Of a stretch of 64,000 bases of DNA, positions 18,487 through 28,140 are shown in pieces. This DNA comes from Pseudomonadales bacterium (GTDB taxonomy: Bacteria; Patescibacteriota; Microgenomatia; UBA1400; PJMF01), in assembly GCA_020632235.1 (NCBI GenBank), contig JACKFY010000002.1:11550-75549 (forward strand), written 5' to 3'. The notes under the pieces were generated by a model, which made no database searches, was not told where the DNA came from, and worked only from the letters and a program-made list of their open reading frames with translations. Both the position numbers and the translations under genes were made by a program. Position 1 is the stretch's first letter. Every line of letters starts with the position of its first letter.

Positions 18487-20817
18487 CTACAAATTACTCC
18501 TGCTTTGTATCTCTGCCTCCACCATCTCTTTATCTTTACCATACTTCAGGCGCGAGAGCTGCTTTATCATCTCGGCTAGCTTGGGGTTCATCTTGGCTTT
18601 AATTGCATCCATGTCTTTCATCAAACTCATGCTAAAGGGTGGCACTGGCTCGTTCTTCACAATGGTACGAATGTAAACGTGGTACTTCTCAATGTTGGTC
18701 AGGTCGCCCTCATTAAAGGTGGGTGCAAACTCGTGTTGCAAAAAGTTAGCATCAGGCACACCCACACGAAATGACACAATCGTACCCACGTTGCCAAACA
18801 CAGCGTTTTTCACATCTTCGTCAATCTGGCTCACAAACTGGTTGGCCACAATCAGATTGAGGCGATACTTCCTAGCCTCCGAGAGAATAACCGCAAAATC
18901 TTCGGTGGCGTAGTTTTGAAACTCATCCACATATAAAAAGAAGTCTTCGCGCTGATCCATCGGCACATCTTGCCTACTCATAGCAGCTGTCAGTACCTTT
19001 GGTACTAAGATTAAACCTAAAAACTTAGCGTCTTCTTCTCCCAGAATTCCTTTTGAAAGGTTGCATAAAATAATCTTTTTCTCATCCATGGCCTTTCTAA
19101 AGTTAAAAGCACTATGAGGCTGGCCAATAATGTTACGCATAGTTTTGTTGGTTACAAATCTGCCAAACTTCGAGACGATGTAGTCCAATACCTCAGACTT
19201 ATGAAAATCACTGGTTTGGGCAATTTGGTCTGTCCAGTAGCGCTTCACCACCGGGTCTTTGACGTACGGCAGTAGCTCGTTAACATACTTGCTATCGGTG
19301 AGCACGCGCACTAGCTCTATAAACGTACTCCCCTTTTTGTACATGATAGTGAGCATGGCATTGCGAATAGCGTGCTCAAACCGCGGTCCAATGATACCCG
19401 TGCGATGTGGATCATACAGCTTGTACATCAAACCAATGATGGAACTCACCACAAAGTGACGCTGCTCCTCAGTGTCTGCCTCCATCATGTTCATTCCCAT
19501 TGGTCGGGTCAAATCTGAGGGGTTAAAGTAAATAACATCTTCAGCACGCTCTGGCGGCATCAGCTGCAGAATGTCTTCGACAAACTCACCGTGGGGGTCA
19601 ACCGCGCACACACCGTATCCAGATTCAATATCCTGCATAATCATTTCTTTTAAAAACTCTGACTTGCCCGTACCAGTTTTCCCAATGATGTACATATGCC
19701 GCCTTCTGTCATCCAGCGACATATGCACCTCGCGCTCTTGGCCACGATAGAGTGATTTACCCAAAAATAACCCTTTGGTAGGGATCATGCTTGGTGCCGG
19801 AGCATTTTTAGCATTCAGCCACTTAATATGATGTGTTTCTACTGTTTTATTCGGAAAGTGAAAGATGGTAGCTAGCTCTTCTGTATTTAAAATAGCAGTG
19901 TTTCGATTAAAAAACGGCATGTAGCGATACAAAAAATCAATCATAAAAATGTGTTTTAAAAACACCCTACCCTTGTCAAACCCGTTGTAGGCAGATGAAA
20001 ACTGGGCAAAAGCGCCCGTGATGTTGTTGAGGTGCGACTCAGCAGAGTACTCATTGGTGGACGACACCACCACGCGTATAGCCACCCGAAATCCAGGTTT
20101 TTCTGTCTTGGTGGCGATCGCCTCCATCTCTTTTGGATCGTGTCCATAGGTCGCTTTTTCCGGATCAGCCTCTTTTTTCTTTTCGTTTTGAATGTGTGAT
20201 CTACCCTGGTCTCGCCACTTTTTGCCCTCGGGGCGAAGTAAAATCTGGACAATTGCGCCCTCACCGTCATCAAGTTTGGAAAGGGCCGAGGTAATGAGTG
20301 ACAGCCCGTCGGTGGGCAAGTCTTTGTAGGTCTTGATGGGGTAGTAATTGGCTTTTTCTAGCTTGAGTGCGGCAAAGTCAACCCGCCCCTTTTCACTAAA
20401 AATATTCACTTCGTCGCGCTCCGAGATATCAGCGTTGGGGTACGCCCCGTGAATCTGCTTTTCTACCAGGTCGCGGATTTTTTTGGGACAGCTGATGTAA
20501 AAACTAATCTCTTCTTTCAGTGCCACTACCTCAAACGAAAAGACATCTTCTGGTTTTAAAAATGAAAAAACACCACTGTGTTTGATGGAGTACAGCCCAG
20601 CAAACATCTGTTCGGCAGCGTCGATCTTGATTTCGTTGTCTTTGGGCAGGCGCACCAGCAGTGAAACAAAATCAAGCGCATACTCTTCGCGGTTTCTGTG
20701 TTTATACCACTGCAGCAACATGTAGAAAAACACCGCGATGATGGCAGCAAAAATAAGAAGGAAAAACACCAGACTGGCTATTTCTAAAATCTGGGATGCT
20801 ATATTTTGTGTATCCAT
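18487..20817 (-). CDS. membrane-anchored P-loop ATPase of the FtsK/HerA (AAA_10 / T4SS coupling-protein-like) type
   Basis: 776 aa. One N-terminal TM. Walker A MYIIGKTGTGKSEF, then CAVDPHGEF, then Walker B FFLYVDEFQNY, then RKYRLNLIVANQ. No VirB4-type CagE N-terminal domain. Confidence 0.6.
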   Translation of the reverse strand: MDTQNIASQILEIASLVFFLLIFAAIIAVFFYMLLQWYKHRNREEYALDFVSLLVRLPKDNEIKIDAAEQMFAGLYSIKHSGVFSFLKPEDVFSFEVVALKEEISFYISCPKKIRDLVEKQIHGAYPNADISERDEVNIFSEKGRVDFAALKLEKANYYPIKTYKDLPTDGLSLITSALSKLDDGEGAIVQILLRPEGKKWRDQGRSHIQNEKKKEADPEKATYGHDPKEMEAIATKTEKPGFRVAIRVVVSSTNEYSAESHLNNITGAFAQFSSAYNGFDKGRVFLKHIFMIDFLYRYMPFFNRNTAILNTEELATIFHFPNKTVETHHIKWLNAKNAPAPSMIPTKGLFLGKSLYRGQEREVHMSLDDRRRHMYIIGKTGTGKSEFLKEMIMQDIESGYGVCAVDPHGEFVEDILQLMPPERAEDVIYFNPSDLTRPMGMNMMEADTEEQRHFVVSSIIGLMYKLYDPHRTGIIGPRFEHAIRNAMLTIMYKKGSTFIELVRVLTDSKYVNELLPYVKDPVVKRYWTDQIAQTSDFHKSEVLDYIVSKFGRFVTNKTMRNIIGQPHSAFNFRKAMDEKKIILCNLSKGILGEEDAKFLGLILVPKVLTAAMSRQDVPMDQREDFFLYVDEFQNYATEDFAVILSEARKYRLNLIVANQFVSQIDEDVKNAVFGNVGTIVSFRVGVPDANFLQHEFAPTFNEGDLTNIEKYHVYIRTIVKNEPVPPFSMSLMKDMDAIKAKMNPKLAEMIKQLSRLKYGKDKEMVEAEIQSRSNL

Positions 20818-20845
20818 ATCTCTATTCTAACAAGTGTGGCAAGTA

Positions 20846-21547
20846 TTACTCTGGGCGGTAGACTACCTTTCCTGCAAACAGTTTGATCATTTTCTGGCTC
20901 CACTCCACCAACCAACGCACACTAAAAGTGGTGTTTTTTTTGCGCCCCACCTCTTCGACCATTTGAGTAACTGGGAGAACCACCACGGGCTGAGCAGCAT
21001 AGGTAGGCTGGGTCAGGTGCACAGCGTCACCGGCTATGACTACTTCTTGGGGTAGTTGCTCGGTGTGATCGGTCACCTTGGTAATATAGCTTTCTACTTC
21101 TGGGGGGAGCTCGCTGCTCGGTTCATACTCTACCGCGCCACCAGTAGCGCCTGTCTCCATACTTGACTGCGTCATTCTCTCTTTTATCCCTGCAGTGGCG
21201 GTTTGCTGGGGTGTTTGTTGACTGACTAACTCATCAACTGCCTGAGGCAAACTGGCTGCCACTTGACCAAGATCACTCGTATCTAGGCCAGCTGTAGGCC
21301 GATTTTCAGGTGCGACTTCTGGAGTAAGCTCCAGTTGCTCTGCCACAGCAATAGTGTCTTCAAACAAGGCTCGTTTAGCTTGGTCAGAGATGCCAGCCTC
21401 TGGTACTGTGTCGGGTGGTAAAGATGGAGAGGTTGGCGGGGTTTTTGACATGGCCGCTGTTGACACAGGCGCTGGCGAAGTTGCAGTCCCAGAGGAAGTA
21501 AACGCAGAGCGCATTGACTGAAGAGGAGAAGGAGTGGCAGCAGACAT
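20846..21547 (-). CDS. hypothetical Pro/Thr/Ala-rich protein (233 aa), immediately upstream of the ATPase
   Basis: ORF with a low-complexity N-terminal half, 28 nt upstream of the ATPase start on the same strand. Confidence 0.4.
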   Translation of the reverse strand: MSAATPSPLQSMRSAFTSSGTATSPAPVSTAAMSKTPPTSPSLPPDTVPEAGISDQAKRALFEDTIAVAEQLELTPEVAPENRPTAGLDTSDLGQVAASLPQAVDELVSQQTPQQTATAGIKERMTQSSMETGATGGAVEYEPSSELPPEVESYITKVTDHTEQLPQEVVIAGDAVHLTQPTYAAQPVVVLPVTQMVEEVGRKKNTTFSVRWLVEWSQKMIKLFAGKVVYRPE

Positions 21548-21602
21548 ACTGCCACTAGCATAGCACTTTTTTAGCCAGGGAAGAAGGAGTGCACTGAGTT
21601 AG

Positions 21603-22814
21603 TTACTCTTGCAACTCTTGGCTTGCATACTTGATCGAAGTAAGTAGCCAAACTTGGAACATAGTTGCCAACACCACTAGACCAGATAGGCAGTATAAAG
21701 AACTGGCATCAACACCTGCAAAAAGGAACAACACGACAAAACTACCAACCATGCCAATCCCAATGTTGAATACCTCCCTTATCACAAGGTACACCACTTT
21801 ATACTCTTCATAGTTTGGTATTGTATGTAAAAGATTTTCGCTATATACCCGTCTTGGCACCTCCATCATGCTAGCTGCCATTTGTTGCACAACGCCAAAC
21901 ACAACAACCGACCAAAATGAAGGAAAAACGAGAAGCAGCACAAATGATCCTATTAAAACAGTACGCCCAAGCAATAACACGACATCATACTTTGTATAGT
22001 TGACTACCTTTCCCACCACTAGTGAAGTGATGATGGATGCAAGCGCAAATGCACTTAACCAACCTCCCAAACTAAGCTCATTTCCTGTCTTTTCAAAGAT
22101 AAGAAGGGGAATCAACGCCGAGGACAACGCTCCATTTCCCAATGCAAATCCAGACATCGTACCAGACAAAAAAACTCTCATTACTTTTGGTGTTTTTGCA
22201 ATATCTTTCAATATATCCACTCCAAGAAGTGGTTTTTTCTCTGACTCTTGCCCACCAGTACTAAACAAAATTGAGAGAACAAACAACATTGCTGCAGAAC
22301 CAAACAGCCACTTATATCCACTTTCGCCTCCTCCAAGAGTTATTAAAAGCCCTCCAATAATGGGCGCCACCAGACCGACAAAAATCTTGGTAGCAGACTC
22401 TATTCCAGTGTAATTTCCCCTGTTTTTTATGTGCGTTACATCAAAGCGTTGAATCTGGTACGAAAACCAGTACGAGCCATTCACTATCCCTATCAAAAAA
22501 GCTAAGAAAAAAACATGATTGCTCATACTCTCTCCTAGAGGAGCTAGTGCAACATAGATGCAACAAAATCCCACCAGACCAATTTTTTTTATAGTATTGA
22601 GCCAGCCCCTACCAACAAAAGGAGACCACACAACAAACATAGCGGTGTGCGTCAGCGCATAGATGATATTGAAAATAGCAACCGTCTGTATGTCTCCTGT
22701 GATCTTCCATATGAAGACGCTTAAAAAAATGTCAAACGCAGCCCGACCAAAACGAAAAAATCCATGCGACAACAATAGCGTATAAACCGTAGTATTGAGC
22801 CAATTGGCTGACAT
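21603..22814 (-). CDS. MFS-type transporter (12 TM)
   Basis: 403 aa, ~12 hydrophobic helices in a 6+6 arrangement with a central loop. Confidence 0.65.
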   Translation of the reverse strand: MSANWLNTTVYTLLLSHGFFRFGRAAFDIFLSVFIWKITGDIQTVAIFNIIYALTHTAMFVVWSPFVGRGWLNTIKKIGLVGFCCIYVALAPLGESMSNHVFFLAFLIGIVNGSYWFSYQIQRFDVTHIKNRGNYTGIESATKIFVGLVAPIIGGLLITLGGGESGYKWLFGSAAMLFVLSILFSTGGQESEKKPLLGVDILKDIAKTPKVMRVFLSGTMSGFALGNGALSSALIPLLIFEKTGNELSLGGWLSAFALASIITSLVVGKVVNYTKYDVVLLLGRTVLIGSFVLLLVFPSFWSVVVFGVVQQMAASMMEVPRRVYSENLLHTIPNYEEYKVVYLVIREVFNIGIGMVGSFVVLFLFAGVDASSLYCLSGLVVLATMFQVWLLTSIKYASQELQE

Positions 22815-22835
22815 TTCAAAGAGTGTACCACTCTA

Positions 22836-23336
22836 CTACTGAGTGAGAACGACCACACTCCCCACCTCCACCCCATACTCCTCTGCCATGCCAGCGGGTA
22901 GTTCTAACACCATATCGGCCAACCCGGGAGACGAGTAGGTAGGTAGTTGGTCAAGTGGCGTTTCTGGCAGTGGATAGGGCACATCTTCAGTCACACCCGT
23001 CACCCGCCCCTTATGAATCCAGATCATGTCTAGGGGGAACTGCATCTCTTTCATCCAAAACGTGGCGTGCTTTGGCTGGGGAAAAATAAAGAGCATGCCA
23101 TCAGCCCCTATCTGGCTACGCCCACTCAAACCCTGGGTCATGCTCTCTGGTGTATTGACTACTTCTACGGTGAGACGAGCGGTACCGATAGTAATAGTTT
23201 GGTGTGAGCGATCGGCAAATTTGACAGATAAAGAAGAACTTGGCGAAGTATGAAAGCGCTGATAAAGAGCGAGTGCCACCAAAACCACAACACACATGCC
23301 TATCAAGAAAAAAACAAGTGTGGTCGCGCGTGGCAT
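22836..23336 (-). CDS. DUF192 (COG1430) domain protein
   Basis: N-terminal TM, then GMLFIFPQP...FWMKEMQFPLDMIWI...G, matching the DUF192 pattern. Confidence 0.65.
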   Translation of the reverse strand: MPRATTLVFFLIGMCVVVLVALALYQRFHTSPSSSLSVKFADRSHQTITIGTARLTVEVVNTPESMTQGLSGRSQIGADGMLFIFPQPKHATFWMKEMQFPLDMIWIHKGRVTGVTEDVPYPLPETPLDQLPTYSSPGLADMVLELPAGMAEEYGVEVGSVVVLTQ

Positions 23337-23349
23337 ACACGTAGTCTAC

Positions 23350-23630
23350 CATCCCTCACCATAAAGTGATGGGCGAAGGGGTGTTTTCATCCCCTCTTTT
23401 CAAGAGGGGCAGGCTGAAAGCATGGGGTGTTTTAGCCCTCCCTTTCATAAGGGGAGACACATGGCGAAGCCAGGTAGAGGGGTTTTCCCTCGTCATTTCG
23501 ACTGGAACAAAGTGGAGTGGAGAAATCCCCAATGCAGACTTCTCGGATATGCTCGAAGTGACAGACTGAGTTGTGGCCGAAATGACAGATTGGCATGGAG
23601 ATCAAATGGTGAGGAGGGGTATTTTGTTTT
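23350..23630. repeat. composite hairpin-repeat element (family member)
   Basis: Modules: CACCATAAAGTGATGG + GGGGTGTTTT; CCCCTCTTTTCAAGAGGGGC + AGGCTGAAAGCATGGGGTGTTTT; CCTTTCATAAGGGG; CGTCATTTCGACTGG...GGAGAAATCCCC. Confidence 0.6.
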
Positions 23631-23680
23631 ATTCTTTTTAGCTACAATGTCGCATAAAAAATAAAAACCAGATTCAATAA

Positions 23681-23708
23681 GAAAAAAATAGATGCGACTA
23701 TGTCGCAT
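23681..23708 (-). terminator. intrinsic terminator-like hairpin downstream of the glycosyltransferase gene
   Basis: On the minus strand: ATGCGAC-ATA-GTCGCAT followed by CTATTTTTTTC. Confidence 0.45.
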
Positions 23709-23711
23709 TTA

Positions 23712-24815
23712 TCAGCCCAGTAATCTCGTGACAATACTGCGTAGTTTTTCACCAGAACGCGCATTGTACTGCGCCATCTTTGTTATATTAGGCTCGAGCG
23801 AAGTATGCAGTTGGGGGTTTTCAAGCAACTGCTGGAGTAATTTTCTTGCTTTAAGTGGGTTTTCTTCCACAAAACCCAAGTTATACTCACGAATGATATC
23901 AAGATTGCCATCCTCCTGACCGGCAAGATGCGTGATGGCAAAAAATGGCGTTTTCGTAGCCACTGCCTCAAATAGAGTGTTCGGCCCTGCCTTGCCGATG
24001 ATGAGGTCTGCAGCCTGCATGTAGCGATGTAGCTGGGTGGTAAACGAGAGCGGGAGGAGTGTTTTTTGCGAAAACTGATCAGTTATTTTTTGCAGTGCGG
24101 TGAGTGATTTATACAGCACAGTGTTGTTGCCACAGGCCACTACTATCTGCAGTGGAGACGAAGACTCTAGCAAAGCAGGTAAGACCTTCATGATAGCCGT
24201 TGTGCCTTCAGAGCCAGATACTATAAGAAACACAGGGATGTCGGGGCGAAGGCCGAGCTCATTCTGCACTGCTGTTTTGTCGTAAGGCTGTTCAAAGTCG
24301 TTTCGCACAAACCAACCCACCTCTCGCACTTTTACTCCTGGAGCAAGCTGACGAACATACTCGCTGGCGGCGGCGTCAAACGATACGTTGAGATCGGCAT
24401 GTTTGCTAATAATCACACTGTACATCGTCCGGGGGTCAGCAAGAATGTTGAGAAGTGGAACATTGTGCTGCTCTGCATACGGCTCAAGAATAGAGCCAAA
24501 TAATGCATACGTACTAATAATAATATCTGGTTTATGTTGGTTTAAAAATGCAGTAATGCTTGAATGATAGTTTTGCTGAAAGTACTTAAGAACTCCATCA
24601 GAGAATGTTTGACTATGCATCACCGGCCCAAGCACTTTTGGACCACTCGGCATATACTGATACAGCAATGTATAGATGTTTGCTACTTGGGGAGCATCGT
24701 TAAATACCACAATCTTTGCGCTACCTTGCAAGTCCTCTGCTACAGCCTGCGCAATACTCTCATGACCCCACTTGGTAGTAAAAATAGCAATAGTTGGTTT
24801 CTTTTTAAGACTCAC
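23712..24815 (-). CDS. glycosyltransferase family 28 (MurG/UgtP/MGDG-synthase-like)
   Basis: 367 aa with a two-Rossmann-domain GT-B layout; the C-terminal half carries a GT28-type motif. Confidence 0.6.
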   Translation of the reverse strand: MSLKKKPTIAIFTTKWGHESIAQAVAEDLQGSAKIVVFNDAPQVANIYTLLYQYMPSGPKVLGPVMHSQTFSDGVLKYFQQNYHSSITAFLNQHKPDIIISTYALFGSILEPYAEQHNVPLLNILADPRTMYSVIISKHADLNVSFDAAASEYVRQLAPGVKVREVGWFVRNDFEQPYDKTAVQNELGLRPDIPVFLIVSGSEGTTAIMKVLPALLESSSPLQIVVACGNNTVLYKSLTALQKITDQFSQKTLLPLSFTTQLHRYMQAADLIIGKAGPNTLFEAVATKTPFFAITHLAGQEDGNLDIIREYNLGFVEENPLKARKLLQQLLENPQLHTSLEPNITKMAQYNARSGEKLRSIVTRLLG

Positions 24816-24852
24816 AGAAGATAGTATACAAAAAACTTGTTACAATGGGGCT

Positions 24853-25377
24853 ATGAAGTATGCCATTGGCCTGGGAAACCCCGGAAAGCAGTACGAAAAT
24901 ACCAGACACAACGTGGGGTTTATGGCTGTTGAGTACATCCAGAAACAGCTAGACCTTCCTCAGTTTAAAACAGATGTAAAACGAAACATGGCAGTTACTT
25001 CAAACAACGAGCTAACACTACTCAAACCCCAAAGCTACATGAACAACTCTGGAGAGGCAGTGCAAAATTACCTTTCCTACTACAACAAAGAATGGCACAG
25101 TGAGCTAGAACACTTTTTTGTCATACATGATGATCTTGATATTCCCGTGGGAAGCTACAAAGTGCAGCAGGGCACTGGCCCAAAAGTGCATAATGGCTTG
25201 CTGTCGCTCTATCAGCACCTGGGTACAAAGGACTTTTGGCACATTCGTGTTGGTGTGGATGGTAGAAATGGACAACGCGGTGTTTCTGGCAACCAGTACG
25301 TGCTTTCTCCTTTTTTAGAGCAAGAGCGATTGCTACTCCTCCCAGTCTTCCAAGAAATTTTGGAACAACTACACTAG
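24853..25377 (+). CDS. pth: peptidyl-tRNA hydrolase
   Basis: MKYAIGLGNPGKQYENTRHNVGF, MNNSGEAV, HDDLD, GGHNGL-type motifs. Start taken at the conserved N-terminus, not the upstream in-frame extension. Confidence 0.9.
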   Translation: MKYAIGLGNPGKQYENTRHNVGFMAVEYIQKQLDLPQFKTDVKRNMAVTSNNELTLLKPQSYMNNSGEAVQNYLSYYNKEWHSELEHFFVIHDDLDIPVGSYKVQQGTGPKVHNGLLSLYQHLGTKDFWHIRVGVDGRNGQRGVSGNQYVLSPFLEQERLLLLPVFQEILEQLH

Positions 25378-25455
25378 AAAAACAAAGCATCTATGCACAA
25401 AGTCCACAGTTACCACCTTCACCTACCCCTGCCTCATGTTGATGCAAATAAAACT

Positions 25456-26637
25456 ATGCGCCTACTGTACCTCAACCGAGTTATGCGAGATATCGTTAAC
25501 ACACTTGTGATGTTTTTTTTACCACTGTATTTATACAGTCTAGGCGAGACCTTTCCACTGTTTGCCTCACTGCCACTTTCTGGATTTCAAAAAGGTATGC
25601 TGCTAATCGGTGTGTGGGGAGTGCTCTCAAAGGTAGTGTCTCTAATCAGCGTACTACCTATTAGCACAAAAGTAGTACAAATTGGGCACAAAAAAGCCCT
25701 GACCTACTCATATCTTTTACGTGTGATAGCCTTTGCTTGTCTTTTTTTAGCAAACACGCATCCTCTGTTTCTCATTGTTGGGCTGGTGCTAGAAGCTATA
25801 CAGACTAGTCTCTTTTGGAACAGCTACCTGACTATTTTAAGCAACCATGCCTTGCAAAAAAACATGGGTAAAGACTTGGGACTGCAGCAGTTCTTCACGC
25901 AATTAGTCACCGCCGTTGCCCCAGCAGTAAGTGGTCTTATTGCTGCAGTGTTTGGACTAGAGTTTGTGTATATCGTGGGCATTGCGTTCACGCTCATAGA
26001 ACTGAGTGTGAGCCTGCAGATGGAACTATCCATTCGCTCAAAATCCCCCAGCTGGAAAGAATTTAAACAATGGTGGAAAGAGGCAGCCTTTCGCGCCTTT
26101 GCCCTCACTCATGCCTCACGCACACTGCATGATAGCGTGCTCTACATCTGGCCACTCTACGTCTTCTTTATCTTGGGTAGTGTCGAAAAAGTAGGGTTGC
26201 TCTACACCACTACGCTCTTTTTAGTGCTTTTTGCCAGCGCATTTTTGGGCACAGTTGTTAGCAAATCAAGCAGTAAGAAACCCTACTACGTGAGTGGTAG
26301 TATTCTCTCGCTACTCTGGTTACTTCGTATACAAGTTTTGGGTCCTATCTCAATTGCGGTAGTTGACGCCATCGGGAGGCTGACGGGCAACTTCCACTGG
26401 CTGTTTTACGATATGACCTATCTCAAGCGAGCCTCGGGCAAACGAGCGTATAGTTTCTTTGTCTACGCTGACATAATAAGCATAGCTACCTCACTTTCTT
26501 TCTGGAGTATCTTTAGCATCTACTTTCTTCTTTTTGACTCGTGGACAGCGTTGTTTCTGTTTGGGGCGCTGAGCGTGTTTGGCACCTTTAAAATTGAAGA
26601 ACATGGCGCTCCCAGCTGGATAAAACGTTATGAGTAA
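25456..26637 (+). CDS. polytopic membrane protein, probable MFS-type transporter (the start may be 25393)
   Basis: ~10-12 hydrophobic helices; no specific family motif. Confidence 0.5.
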   Translation: MRLLYLNRVMRDIVNTLVMFFLPLYLYSLGETFPLFASLPLSGFQKGMLLIGVWGVLSKVVSLISVLPISTKVVQIGHKKALTYSYLLRVIAFACLFLANTHPLFLIVGLVLEAIQTSLFWNSYLTILSNHALQKNMGKDLGLQQFFTQLVTAVAPAVSGLIAAVFGLEFVYIVGIAFTLIELSVSLQMELSIRSKSPSWKEFKQWWKEAAFRAFALTHASRTLHDSVLYIWPLYVFFILGSVEKVGLLYTTTLFLVLFASAFLGTVVSKSSSKKPYYVSGSILSLLWLLRIQVLGPISIAVVDAIGRLTGNFHWLFYDMTYLKRASGKRAYSFFVYADIISIATSLSFWSIFSIYFLLFDSWTALFLFGALSVFGTFKIEEHGAPSWIKRYE

Positions 26638-26947
26638 CACACAGAAGTCTGGACAAAACACTGCTGGCAACTTTACGCAACTGGGCAGCTTGTTTGAAGA
26701 GTACACGCTGGTAGATAAAGGTGGCTACATTACACAAGAATTTCAAGATTATGGCTACCGACTAGCGATTGATTTGGGTGATATGAAACACAAGGCGCTC
26801 TACATCAAGATGGCAAAAGAGGTGGATAGAACAATTTTGGACGCAGCACTGCGCTTTGTAAGTGATGCTACCCACGCGAAAAGTAAGGCAAAACTGTTTA
26901 TGTGGAAAGTCAAGCAGCTTAAAAACGAAAAAAAAGATGCGAAATAA
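26630..26947 (+). CDS. hypothetical protein (105 aa)
   Basis: ORF that bridges two better-supported genes with short overlaps. Confidence 0.35.
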   Translation: MSNTQKSGQNTAGNFTQLGSLFEEYTLVDKGGYITQEFQDYGYRLAIDLGDMKHKALYIKMAKEVDRTILDAALRFVSDATHAKSKAKLFMWKVKQLKNEKKDAK

Positions 26948-28133
26948 CATAAAACTAGGTGTTTTTATACTTTTGCTGAGTATCGTGGTCGGTTTAGTGG
27001 GCTACAACTACTTTTACACACCATTTGCCCAGTTGCCGCAGGAAGACTCTGCATCAGACTCAAGTCAACTCACCACTAGTTATCCGTTGGTGAACGAGAT
27101 GGCGCCTAGCACTCCAGAAACTGCCACTGCTGAAGAGAGAGCTCTGCAGAACATGTCGCAAAGAGAGAAAGTGTTACTGCTCATCGCCACACCGCTCTCG
27201 GTAGGAGAACCGCTGCAGATTGAAGATGTGCTTGCGTGGCTGGAAACAAATCCCACCGGCATGGTTACGCTGTTTGGCAGTGATGTCTCGGTGGACGAAG
27301 CAGGGGAGGTGGTGTCCCAGGTACAAACTACTTACACAACTGCTGTGTTCTCACCCATCATCGCCGTTGATCATGAGGGCGGGTCGGTGCAGCGACTGAG
27401 TGGAAAAGGTTTTACTACTCTTCCCAGCTGGTTTGCCGTGTGTGAAATAGAAAACCCACAAGAAAGACAAGAGTTGCTAGCCTCTTCGGCAGCAGAACTG
27501 CGAGAAGTGGGGGTCTCGATGGTGTTTGCGCCCGTGGTAGACACACGAGTCAACGGGTCACCACTTGGCAACAGAGCATGTTCGGCTGACCAAGCTATTA
27601 TCACCAGGCGGGCTCAAGAATTTATCACTGCATTTGAAAATAAGGGCGTTGTCTCGGTGATTAAGCACTTTCCCAATATTGGGAAAGTGAACCAGGATTT
27701 GCATGTCTCCTACGGCTCAACAGACGTTTCGCCAGACGAGATGATCGCGTTTGAAAACTTGACAAAGCAAAACGACATGCTGGGCATCATGGTATCACAT
27801 GCAGGGTTAGAATCGATAGACAGCACGCTGCCCTGCGCACAAAACATCGAGTGCGTGGCGCTTGCTCGCAGCAATAAAGATAATCTGATCGTGAGTGACG
27901 CGCTAGAAATGGCAGCTGCTCTTGGAGCGGGTGATCAGACTACAACCCAAGCTGCTATCGATACGCTCAAAGCAGGAGTAGACGTGATCGTACTTGAGAA
28001 AGGCGCCTCATCAGAAAGCCTGGAAGAGCTCGTGGTCAGTATCACGGCAGCAGTAGAGCAAGACAGTGTGCTGCAAAGCAACATTGATGCCGCAGCCCTT
28101 CGTGTACTACACTACAGCACATTTGCTCAATAA
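26937..28133 (+). CDS. glycoside hydrolase family 3 N-terminal domain protein (NagZ-like beta-N-acetylhexosaminidase), membrane-anchored
   Basis: N-terminal TM. Motifs AVDHEGGSVQRL, KHFPNIGKVNQDLHVSYG, and MVSHAG..S.D in GH3 order. Confidence 0.75.
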   Translation: MRNNIKLGVFILLLSIVVGLVGYNYFYTPFAQLPQEDSASDSSQLTTSYPLVNEMAPSTPETATAEERALQNMSQREKVLLLIATPLSVGEPLQIEDVLAWLETNPTGMVTLFGSDVSVDEAGEVVSQVQTTYTTAVFSPIIAVDHEGGSVQRLSGKGFTTLPSWFAVCEIENPQERQELLASSAAELREVGVSMVFAPVVDTRVNGSPLGNRACSADQAIITRRAQEFITAFENKGVVSVIKHFPNIGKVNQDLHVSYGSTDVSPDEMIAFENLTKQNDMLGIMVSHAGLESIDSTLPCAQNIECVALARSNKDNLIVSDALEMAAALGAGDQTTTQAAIDTLKAGVDVIVLEKGASSESLEELVVSITAAVEQDSVLQSNIDAAALRVLHYSTFAQ

Positions 28134-28140
28134 AGAGAGT

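Noticed and set aside
23366-23708. Small ORFs (67-80 aa) within the 23.4-kb repeat element
   Set aside because: They overlap hairpin-repeat modules and are not conserved between repeat copies in any frame.
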